Origin: Auanema rhodensis
Lineage: Eukaryota > Animalia > Nematoda
Direction of reading: 5' to 3'
Assembly (NCBI GenBank): GCA_964057225.1
Contig: OZ059895.1
Location: 15,190,001-15,254,000, forward strand
DNA: 64,000 bases
Shown here: positions 39,157-57,217 of the stretch, piece after piece
How positions within the stretch are numbered: position 1 is the first letter of the stretch
How the letters are laid out: each line of letters starts with the position of its first letter
The notes under the pieces: generated by a model
What the model saw: the letters and a program-made list of their open reading frames with translations, nothing else
Told to the model about the DNA's origin: nothing
Databases searched by the model: none
Position numbers and translations under genes: made by a program

Positions 39157-42067
39157 ATGAGCCAGATTTTGCATGTTGTAGTAGTTGGATTTCATCACAA
39201 GAAAGGATGCCAGGTCCTCCATATACCACAACAGATTGAAATGATTTTTGTGATTTAGGTGGAGTATTCATATCCTCCAATAGGTGGAGATTCGGCTACA
39301 ACACTACCTTGTGAATGGACTTTGTTGCCTTCATTAGCTTTACCTGATGGAGCGCACAATACTTCTAGTGGTGATTTTAACCAATCTTCAAAAGTTGTTT
39401 TATAAAATTTTTGAAGATGTTATCTATTTCACTTTGCCGTCACTCGAGGTCAAAGGCGAAACCGTTTTTGGTATATCCTGCTATCGGCAGATCTCGGCTA
39501 ATGTGTGCAGTTACTCACATTAAGCAAATTAATATTATATTCTTAGGATCTTGTTGCTAAAACAGATGATGTAACACGAAGTACAGTTCAGAAAAGTGTT
39601 TGTGTAATTTCAAAATCTCCTTTGTTTGGTGTTTTGAAGGCCAAACTGCAGTTGATTACTCAAGCATATTTCAATGAAAGGGATTTTTCCAAGGTATTTT
39701 CATGGAAAGTTATGACAATATATCATCAAATTTCTCATAAAGGTAGAAGTATTGGCTCAAATGTATACCAACCTCTGTGAAATGTTCGAAGGAGATTTAG
39801 TTGATGGGCATGCAGCTTCAATGGGTTCTCTTCTTTCTTCAATTATTTGTACAACAATTCTAAATTTAAGACATATCAGTTCAAGAATTATTCAACAAAT
39901 TTCGGCATCGGGTTATATTATTGTTTAAACTAATTTTACTCGAGAAAAAGGTGTGTGAGGTTAATTTTGAAAGAACGACAACTGTTGATTTGCAGGTTTT
40001 GTTCAATCTATCGCCTGTTCAAGACTTGGGCGATACCATAGTGGGTCTACTATCTTTATTTCCAAGTATGAGAATTTCAAAAAATTGATAATAAGTATAC
40101 CTTAATAGAATTACTGGAAGAAGGTCTTTTCAAGTCAACATTTATTGAGGATAATGATGCAATACAAGTGCCGAATGAAGAAGTTAAAGAAGTTCGAGTA
40201 GTCGATGTTGACGGTGGCAATGCGTATGATTGTGGTTTCACTTATCTATTTCTTTCAGAATCTCATGAAGAAATTGAAATAAGACCACCCAGTCCATTGG
40301 AAGATTCCATAAAACAGCACGATTCCTATGGTTTCCCGCTCAGCATTTACACTCATCGAAACTACTTCCAACCATATGCATCGATTTCTTTTTTGGATCA
40401 TTTACGATCACCATCAAACCGTGGATTCATTGTTGGAGCCACCAACGTTTTGTTTTTAACCAAAAAGGATTTATGGGATGTTATTATAACGGTTTGCATG
40501 ATGCTGTGCTGTACTGTGTATTTCTAAATTTAATTCAAGGTTGATGATCACGGCATTGGTCAAGTGGATGTTTTAAAGCCCGAGTTGAAGAAAATTTTGT
40601 CATTAACCGCAGCAGACTTAAGATTTGGGGACTATCTCATAAAAAATATTGAATCCAATAAGGAAGCATCAGCTTGTATCTATAGCTTCATAAGTCTAAG
40701 TCAACTATTGCATGTTGTTTAGTGTTCGAAGGTGGAGATGAATGGATCAGGCTGCAGTTTCGTAGTTATCTTTTATCTTTGGCTGCCACAGCAAGAGCTG
40801 ATTTAACAACAGCTATCGGCGATTTTGGAACTCTTTTCTTTAGTGAATGGCGCCAGACCAGGTAATCGAATTTCATGATATCATCTCGGATTGCGATGTA
40901 TTTTTAGAAATTATAAATTGTGGCTTAATGGGGAATACGAAGACTTAGTCGGATCAGTTCCTGGGTTTGAAGAGTTGAAAAAAAGTTTTGATGATTGATT
41001 TATAGGCATGCTTTTGCTGGTCAAATAGGATTCCATGACGTTGTACTTCGTATGGATAATGTTGTATCTAGTTCCGAAGGTGCTAGAAGAGCATTAACGG
41101 CGTTATCCTCTACTGGAAAGACATTGGGTATGGCAGCGTGCCGTTATATTATTTCATTTCAGTAATTCCCAGAACAGAACTCCGTCAGAATCCCAAAACA
41201 CGCAACACAAGACCTTCCGAGGTGTTTGTGTTGTGTTCTTAGGCATCTGAGGGACTTCTGTTCCAGGATTTATCCAAAAACTTTTCCTTTTCTCATCTGA
41301 TGTAACTAAAGTAGAAAAAGAACTCTCGTACCTGATAATCTCAAAAGTTCACTAGCTCTCTCTTTCCTTCTCTTTTAACCCTTTCTGCGAAACATTGCTA
41401 TCAACCTCTAAAAGCTTCTCTAACTCCCCCTTGTCTAGTTTTCTTTCCTTCAACGTTAAATCTCCCTTTTTTATGAGCTTCGTAAACTGAAATACCACAT
41501 TCATAGAAATAGAATAATGCATGTCGAGCGCTGTTTTAGGCCCATTTTCAACTCATACACCTAATATTATTTGCTAAACGCAGTTTCCAGGGGAACGTAG
41601 TGCTAATGTGAAACAAAGTTTGTCTAATTGGTTCCGAGGAGGAGCAAATGCAACCCCAGAGAATGCAGATGCAGTAAAACCACAAAATACTGGTCGATTT
41701 TCCAGTTGGCTGAAAACATCGGCGTCCACACCTTCAATCAATTCTCAAGAGGAAAAACCGGTAATATCTTCATAGACACAGTTAGGAAACATATTTTTTT
41801 TCCTGTCTAGGAATGTTCTGGCGATGAAGCTATGAAAGTTAGTACAACATCTGTTGTCGAAGATGAAACACTGTCATCAAAGGTTTGCAACTCGGGGATT
41901 TCCGTTTAAACTGAACGATCTCATATCAGGCTAAAAATTTTGTCAGTTGGTTACGCAGTAACAAATCCGAGTCCGTTGAAACGGCTGAAGAAGCCAATGA
42001 ACCAACATCGTCTGAGTCAATAGAAGAAAACGGAACGATACCAGAAAATCAACCGAAAGCCAATTGA
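39157..42067 (+). CDS. avl-9: AVL9 (DENN-related late secretory pathway protein)
   Basis: ILHVVVVGFHHKKGCQVEYSYPP, LPSLALPDGAHN, VFGISCYRQI, VTRSTVQKSVCV, GFIVGATNVLF, LTAADLRF, FEGGDEWIR. Confidence 0.92.
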
Positions 42068-42495
42068 TTTTCATGTAGAAATTTTTATTTTTGTAGGACA
42101 AATATGTTAGAACATTAAAATATTCACATATCTATGTACTATGCCATCATGCTAATATGTCTCTAGTTGGTGATACTTTTGCTTGATCTCATTTCTTTTC
42201 TCATTTGCGAATAAAGGTGGAAGAAAACGATTTGTTTATTTTATTATTGACCATGTGATTGTTCTCTGTTGGGCAAAACAAGCCGATCGGGTTTTGGCGA
42301 TAAGACTGGTCGACATGTGCGCTCTATGGCTAGTGATGGACTTCGAACCCTAGATACGGATAAGATTCGTTACCTACTAGTGTTGTTGCTTGCACTTTAT
42401 TTGAATCTGTTGCTTAAATTTCTCATTAATATTTAATAATATGTAGAAATGCTGTTGTCTTTAAAAAATTTAAAATTATAATTTTTGAAATATAG

Positions 42496-45085
42496 ATGAG
42501 ATTAACCCCACATCGCCTTTTGTCCACTACTACATATTTAAGAAATGTAGTAAATGGAAAATGGACCACAACTCACTATACTATTAAGGTTAAAAAATCG
42601 ATTTTTAACTGAAGTTGGTTAATTATTTATTTATGTAGGATAGAAAGAATGATCCCCGTTGGAAAGATATTGATATGGCAAGAGAAGCTGACCAATATGA
42701 TGTTGTGATTGTTGGTGGTGGTCCTAGTGGACTCTCAGCTGCTATTAAGCTTCGTCAACTTGCTGAGAAAGAGGGGAAAGGTAACATTTAACTACTTAAT
42801 TCAGTTTTAATTATTTGATTCTCTAGAGATTAGAGTTTGTGTGGTTGAGAAAGCTCCTGAACTTGGAGCTCATACACTTTCCGGCGCTGTCATCGAGACT
42901 AGAGCTCTTGACGAGCTTTTCCCAAACTGGAAAGAACTTGGAGCACCTGTTCACCAACAAGTCACTGTAAATAATAATGCTTCAGAACTTCAATAACAAA
43001 CAATAATTAAGGGTGAATCTCTTGGTATCTTAACCAAAACTGGTCGTATCCCTCTTCCACTTTTCCCCGGAATTCCACTCTATAATCATGGAAACTATAT
43101 TGTCAGATTAGGAAATGTTGTAAGATGGCTCGGAGAACAAGCTGAAGCCGCTGGTGTAGAGATCTGGCCTGGCGTTGCTGCTGCTGAGGTTTGACTTAGA
43201 ACTTTTTTTCCGAAGCATAACTGCATTAACTTGATTATTCTTATCATGTTTATTGTCTTTTCAAAAAGATAAGTTTAGCAATAGTTATGGGAAAAAAGCC
43301 GATCATATTGTTTTTTTCCGTAAAAATGAAAGCTTCACTTTGTTTGTCAGCTTCCCAAAATGATAATTTTGAAGAGCGGTTGATCTTTGTTATTTGATTG
43401 TTTGCAGGTATTATACAACGAGGACGGAAGTGTGAAGGGAATTGCTACTAATGATGTTGGTATTGCCAAGGATGGCTCTCCCAAGGTTTTGCAATAAATG
43501 TATTTCGGATATGATTGATTTGTTGTTAGGATGGGTTTGCCAGAGGTATGGAGCTTCATGCTAAGTGCACAGTGTTCGCTGAGGGTTGTAGAGGTCATTT
43601 AACAAAGCAGGTTCGAGATAATCTATATGTATTCGATTCTTATTCAACTCATTCAGGTTTTGGATAAGTTTGATCTTCGAACTCACCCAATGACTTATGG
43701 TATTGGATTAAAAGAGCTTTGGCAAATCGATCCCGCTAAGCACAGACCAGGCTTCATTGAACATACAATTGGATGGCCTTTGGTTAGTTTTTTCTTGAAT
43801 ATGCTGATGAAAACAGGAATTCTTGAGATATATGTTATTAAATATATTATTTCCAGTCAATGACCGATTATGGAGGTTCTTTCCTTTATCATATTGAAGA
43901 TGAGGGACTTCCTCTTGTCTCTATCGGATTTGTAATAGGTTTAGATTACAAGAATCCCTACATGAATCCTTACAAGGTATTTGCGTATAACATTAAAATG
44001 ATATTATATGGATTTTTAAAAGGAGTTCCAACGTTACAAGAATCATCCTTCAATTAGAAAACAACTTGAGGGTGGTAAGCGTATCGGATACGGAGCTAGA
44101 GCTCTTAACGAGGGAGGTTATCAATCAATTCCCAAACTTTCTTTCCCTGGTTTGTAATTATGATGAACATATATATTTAATGATGATTCAATTTTAGGAG
44201 GATGCTTGATTGGATGTACCGCTGGTTTCATGAATGTTCCAAAGCTGAAAGGTACTCACAATGCTATGAAGAGTGGAATGGTTGCTGCTGAAAATATCTT
44301 CAAGGAGCTTGGAGAAGATGTCACAAGTAATTCGCACCATTTAATAACTTTCATTCTAATCACTTAATCATCTCCAGCTGTCGAGCCTAAGAAATTCCGT
44401 GAGGAATTAGAAAACACCTACGTACTTAAGGAGCTCAAGGCCACTAGAAATGTTCGCCCTTCATTCAACACTGCCTTAGGTACTCGTTATTCTTTAGAAG
44501 TTTATATAACTTAATTTGTTTGAAGGATGGATTGGAGGATTAGTTTACTCTGGCATTTTTTACGTTATGGGACGCGGAAAGGAGCCATGGACTCTTGATC
44601 ATGGCAAGAAGGACAACGAAAAATTAAAAAAGAAAAGCGAATGCCAGGTATTTCAATGTATAAATAGACAATTGGAATTATTCTTTGTATTTTAGCCAAT
44701 TGATTATCCCAAGCCAGATAATGAAATAACTTTCGATATCCTTACTTCCGTTTCTCTAACCGGAACAAACCACGAAGAGAATCAACCTGCTCACTTAACT
44801 CTTAAAAACGATGATGTGCCAATTGATGTTAATCTTGCTCAATATGACGGTCCAGAAGGAAGATTCTGTCCAGCTGGTTAGAAAAATATAAAATATAGAA
44901 TAATATTTGTGTTTTCAGGAGTTTATGAATTTGTTCCCAGAGATGATGACCCATCCAAATCCAGACTTCAAATTAATGCTCAAAACTGTATCCACTGCAA
45001 GACTTGTGATATTAAGGATCCATGCCAAAACATCAACTGGGTTACTCCTGAAGGTGCTGAGGGACCTAAATATTCAGGAATGTAA
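42496..45085 (+). CDS. let-721: Electron transfer flavoprotein-ubiquinone oxidoreductase (ETFDH)
   Basis: FAD motif [52 protein letters not shown]; 4Fe-4S motifs RFCPAGVYE and [13 protein letters not shown]. Confidence 0.97.
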
Positions 45086-45239
45086 TTGCCCTAGTCATAT
45101 TTGAAATTTCCGTATTCCAAGTTCTCTTTTAACTTATTTTGCAATAAGATTTCATTGGTCACCTTACGAGTTGTATTTAATAATAGAATGTAGTTTAGAA
45201 TAAGAAATAAGATTTTAAAAATTTACAGATTTTTATTTT

Positions 45240-51587
<6,348 letters not shown>

Positions 51588-51877
51588 TATATTTCGTCTT
51601 CTAGTAAAGTTGAAAAATGCAGATCGAGGTTAACAACTGCGCCAAAAGCGAGGGCCACAGGTAGTATCTTTTTCTAGCGCGGCAGATAATTTCCACTAAT
51701 ACGCCGGGATTCTGATTAAATTATGCGGGCGACTTTTATGCTTTAATGATTTACATAATCCGAATATTTAAAAAGTCCTCTGAAATATTGAAACAGTTGA
51801 ACTCCGCCTAATAAGCGATGTTTGAGATTGCTGGTCTACGATCAAACAACAGAGTAACGGAGCTGCAACTCAAAATA

Positions 51878-52008
51878 TATTACAGGAAGATATATCAAAA
51901 AAAGAAATAGCGGTGAAAAGGTAATAACACTCCTCCATTGGCAATTCGAATCCTACACAGAGAAAACATCACTTGTAACAGTTGGTTGTAAGCAAAACGA
52001 GGAAATGA
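51878..52008 (-). pseudogene. Diverged duplicate of MRP intron-1 end and exon-2 start
   Basis: Near-copy of 51300-51429 including the TGTGTAG acceptor; reads DSNCQWRSVITFSPL versus DPNCQWRDIITFSPL, then diverges to a stop. Confidence 0.8.
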
Positions 52009-52605
52009 TTCAAATTTTGGAAATGATTCAATTCAAACTCGCGGATCTTATGAAAGGGAAAAGTTGAACCAAACATCATATGTCATCATCATTGTTTTGA
52101 TAATTTTTCATTATTAATCTATCGCATGGCATATGTAACTTTAATTTTGAATAAAATGTGAAAGATTAAAATGAGTGATGACTGTGATTAATGTGTATTA
52201 TTTCAATTGACTATCACTGTTTTTGATCCTATTACTACTTAGTTTGGTTTATTTCTGTTAATTTTTGATCAAAAAAATCAATATGATATTATGAAATCCA
52301 TGTTGCCATACACAAAACCACATCAAAACATTCTTTGGGACGATGTAGTTATCTAATATCAAGTGTTCGCTACTTGTTGTAGTGAAGTTTAAAAGATAGA
52401 AATAGAGAATTAGACAGACATACACATATACCCACATGTACACATGTGGTTAGATAGCACTATCCCCCTCTATTTGGTGCCATTTTTCTTATCAGAACGT
52501 TACCTCCAAATAGGCAATGCTTGGTGATGCCATTGTGGCGTGACCCATGCGTTTCCTTTATGATTCCATCTTTCACCTCCGACCAATATTTTTATTTTTT
52601 AGGCC

Positions 52606-55600
52606 ATGCAGCGCATAGGAACCGTTCTGTCGAGATCCTCTTGCCTTCTAAAACCTAAGGTTCGTTCTATCATTGCATCTGAGATTTTGAGAGATTTATG
52701 ACAAAGATACAAGTGTCCTACTTCGTCTTCTTTCACATTGCATGCTCCTCCCATACCAAGTATGACTGAACAATAGTTTGCTTTATGTGTTCGTGCAAGA
52801 GATCAATGTATTATAATACTATGAAACAATCGAACGATACTCATGGAAATCAGCCGTACTAGCTTTATCAGCAGTATTACTTTCCTCTCGAAACCTTTTA
52901 ACAACATTATTATAAAGACATCATCCAGCTGGTCAATGAATCCCAAATTATACAGTTTAAACTGGCAGATCGCGCGCCCATATGGTCCCTGTGCATTTTG
53001 AATAACTTCCTTTGACAATTTTTGTAAATTTCTATTGAATTATAAATATACACCTTTATTTCTGTGCTATTCTATATTTTGATTTTTCAAATTGAAAAAC
53101 AATAACATTATATGATTGTATAAAGGACAACCTAACCCCCCCCCCCCTGTCGCAATTGTTGATATAGTAGCAAAATCCTTCAGTTGCCCTTTGGCAATAT
53201 TCAAGATTGTTATCTGATGGATGATACATGTATGTTGATTTTAATGGCACACTTATCGTTATCTATAATTTTTACTGTTGAAACTTATAATTCCCAGTAG
53301 TATTTAAGTTTTCATTCGTTGGCATTGAGATCAATTTTTTCCCAAAATTCCATACAAAATCTGCTGTCCAGTTGTAGGTCAGTAATCGTTCTTTGTGTGA
53401 AATACCGTTGATTTTCTTTTCTCTGTATGTTATCAATTCTCTCTGTTTTCTTTTATTCGTTGTTCTGCTGTGCAGTAATTGAAGAAAGTTTCCCAAGTCA
53501 TTCTAACAATTCACTGTTTGGACGCCGGTCTTGCCTATCCTTCCTTTTTGTTCGACATTAAGAGGATATTCTCTTGATATTTTCATTCTACTTGTTACAT
53601 AAATATTGTTTTTAGTTAATAATTATATATATATAGCAACTGTATATTAAAGTTATGTCGTATTACTTGATTTTTGGTGATATAATTAGTTATTCTTTGA
53701 TCTCTGACTTCCTACTCCGCCCTTCCGTGAATCTTGGGGTCATGTAGGCAAACCTTCACTTAGATTACTATCCTCAATCTCAATCTCAACCTTACTATCT
53801 TCAATTAGTTGTTGCTCATTTTTTTTTTTTTACAGAATCTCACCTACATCATGTCGGAGTCTGTACACACCCCATTGGTCCCTGTTCAACGTACTACCTA
53901 CAAAGGTCAGAATATGTTGAAGGATCATATATCCGTTGTTGATGAAGAAGCTTACAATATCATGAAGGATGTTAGTGTTTTTTTCCAAATTTCAAGTAAA
54001 AAATTTATCTTTTCTATAGGAGAAGACTCGCCAGAAGCGTGGTCTTGAACTTATTGCTTCCGAAAACTTCACTACCAAAGCTGTAATGGATGCTCTTGGA
54101 TCCAGCATGTGCAACAAGTATTCCGAGGGATACCCTGGCGCTCGTTACTATGGTGGTAATGAATACATTGACAAGATGGAGCTTCTCTGCCAAAAAAGAG
54201 CTCTTGAGGTGCAGTCAACTTTTTAAAATGTCTATAATAACTTCAGTTTGTAGGTGTTCGGATTAGATTCCGAGAAGTGGGCCTGTAACGTACAATCTCT
54301 TTCTGGAACTCCAGCTAACTTCGCAGTCTACACTGCTGTTGTTGAGCCTCATGGCCGCATTATGGGTCTTGATCTCCCAGATGGTGGTCACTTATCTCAC
54401 GGGTACGGCTAAATTAGGTTGATGAATTGTTTTTAATAAACTGCTATTCAGATTCTTCACCCCTGCTCGTAAGGTCTCTGCCACCTCCATCTTCTTCGAG
54501 TCTATGCCATACAAGGTTGATCCCAAAACTGGTTTGATCGATTATGACAAGATGGAGCAGAATGCTATGCTCTTCCGCCCCAAGATTATCGTCGCTGGTA
54601 TTTCTTGCTATGCCAGACATTTGGATTATGCTCGTTTCCGTAAAATTGCCGATAAGGTAGTCAATTTCTCGGAACAATGATTACTAAATGTTTTGTTTCA
54701 GTGTGGTGCTTATCTCATGGCTGATATGGCTCATATCTCTGGTCTTGTTGCTGCCGGACTTATTCCTTCTCCCTTCGAATATGCCGATATTGTAACTACT
54801 ACTACCCATAAGTCTCTTCGCGGACCAAGAGGAGCTCTTATTTTCTACAGAAAAGGTATGGACACACTATTCAATTTTCGAAATAAATTATTAGTTTGTA
54901 GGAGTCCGCTCTGTCAACGCTAAAGGAGACAAGATCATGTATGATTTTGCTGATAAGATCAACACCGCTGTATTCCCAGGACTTCAAGGAGGGCCCCACA
55001 ACCACACCATCACTGGTAATGTTCGATATTTCTTTCCATCTTATCATTTTATCGGTTCAGGTATTGCCGTTGCTTTAAAACAATGTCTTACTGAAGATTT
55101 TGTTCAATATGGCAAACAAGTTATCAAAAATGCCGATGCTCTTGCCAAGAAACTAGTTTCTTTGGGATACACCTTGGCTACTGGTGAGTCATAAAAGACG
55201 CTCGATAGTGCGATGAACTAAAAAAGGAAAAAAAATTCTCTATCAATGATATTTGCAATTTGTTGCAAAAATGTTGACATGATTGATGTCGTTAGTTTTT
55301 TTTATTTAGGCGGTACCGAAAATCATTTGCTTTTGGTTGATCTTCGTCCTAAGGGACTTGAAGGAGCTAAGGCTGAACATGTTTTGGATTTGGCACATAT
55401 TGCTTGTAATAAGAACACCTGTCCAGGAGATGTCTCAGCTCTCAGACCAGGAGGTGTGATAGTTTTCAGTCCTATCTTAAAATTTTTCATACCTAGGAGT
55501 TCGTCTCGGTTCCCCTGCCCTCACTTCTCGTGGATTCAAGGAGGCAGATTTCGAGAAAGTCGCAGAGCTTATCGATGAAGGTAGATTATGAAAACAGCTG

Positions 55601-55832
55601 ATAAAAACTTTTTATTTAGCTCTGAAAATTGCACTTAAGTACAATCCACAAGCGGGTAAAACAATCAAGGACTTCAAGGCTTTCACTGAAGTTAACGAGG
55701 ACTTCAAGAAAGAAATTAAGGCTTTAGCTGAGGTAATTGTTTGTTATGATTCCTCCTTTATAAATAAATTCTTTTCAGAGAGTTGAGGCTTTCTCTACCA
55801 AGTTCGAAATTCCAGGAAACGAAGAGATCTAA
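52606..55832 (+). CDS. mel-32: Serine hydroxymethyltransferase; long (mitochondrial) form from ATG 52606, short (cytosolic) form from ATG 53851
   Basis: [42 protein letters not shown]-Lys motif [21 protein letters not shown]. Upstream exon 52606-52659 splices in phase 0 to the acceptor ending at 53835. Confidence 0.95.
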
Positions 55833-56296
55833 ATTATATTGAGAATTATTATTTTTCTAAATTGTTTTGCATTTTTTCAAATGGCATGTATGTAATGACG
55901 GGAATTTACCACAGAAATTGTAATTATACTTTGTTTTCAAATAAATATATCTAATTCACTTATCTGTTATATGAACTGACAAAAGAAACCTATAAATCAA
56001 CTGAAAATGCCCTCCGACCATTCGCTACACATTTTTTTTCAAATCTTCGTGGGATGCGCTCTGTTCAAAAAAAACGCGACGCGTCAGTGCGCACGCTGGG
56101 CATTACGTGGCGCGCATTATCACTTCTCTCCCGCCTTGAGTACGGCAGGGAGTTTCGTATCGTTCTTTTCTTTATATCATTCTATATATTAGTTTTTTTT
56201 AATGTTTTATATTTTATTTAAAAATATTGTCGAAAATTTAATTAAATAGTTTAGATATTTGCATATAAAAATAATTTATTTATAGAGAACTGTACA

Positions 56297-57217
56297 ATGC
56301 CTCCAAGTAACCCAAGAATCTTTGTGGGCAATTTGCCCTCTGATGTCAAGGAGCGTGATGTCACTGAAATATTTACCAAATATGGAAAAATCAGATTCTG
56401 CGATATCAAAGGAGGCCGTGGACCACTCTACGCATTCGTTGAATTCGAAGATATTAGGTACGATTTTTAGGCCCATCGAATTTTTCATTAATGACGTTTC
56501 AGAGACGCGGAGGACGCCGTTAGAGGACGCGATGGCTACGACTTTGATGGCAATCGATTGAGAGTGGAATTCACTCGTGCTAGTGGGCCACGAGGTGGGG
56601 ATCGTGGAGGAAGATTCGGAGACCGCAGAGGTGGTGGCAGCGGTAACTACGGAGATCGCTTCGGAGGAGGAGGAGGAGCTGGTGGACGAAGAGGTTCCCG
56701 CAGAACCAATTATCGTGTTGTTATCAGCGGCTTGCCAGCAAGCGGGTCTTGGCAAGATCTTAAGGTATATAAAATAATGCTCAACGTTATCTAAGTTAAA
56801 TTTCAGGACCACATGAGAGATGCTGGAGATGTATGCTACGCTGATGTTTACAAGGATGGAAGTGGAGTTGTTGAATATGTGCGCTACGAAGACATGAAGT
56901 ACGCTTTGAAAAAGCTTGATGATACTAAGTTCAGATCGCACGAGGTTTGCTTCCGCAGATCAGCGGCTAATTAAATATTGGACTCGTTTCAGGGCGATAC
57001 TTCTTACATAACTGTCAAAGAGGACTCAGCAAGCAGCGGTGGAGGACGTCGTTCATCTCGCAGTCGTTCACGCTCTCGCTCACGTTCAGCTGAACGTAGA
57101 AATTCCCCTAAGTACAGTCCTAGGCGATCAAAGAGTCGCTCTGTAAGTCGTTCTCGTTCACATTCTCGCTCACGTTCTCGTTCTCAATCCCGTTCTCGTT
57201 CCCGTTCTCGCTCTTAA
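56297..57217 (+). CDS. rsp-3: SR splicing factor SRSF1 (ASF/SF2)
   Basis: RRM1 ([31 protein letters not shown]), Gly linker, pseudo-RRM signature SWQDLKDHMR, C-terminal RS domain. Confidence 0.96.

Noticed and set aside
53136-53147. C12 tract (and G10 at ~12844) as G-quadruplex elements
   Set aside because: Too short for a convincing intramolecular G4; ordinary homopolymers.
56276-56941. 221-aa minus-strand ORF, the longest in the track
   Set aside because: Antisense shadow of the GC-rich rsp-3 coding exons; no independent splice or homology signal.
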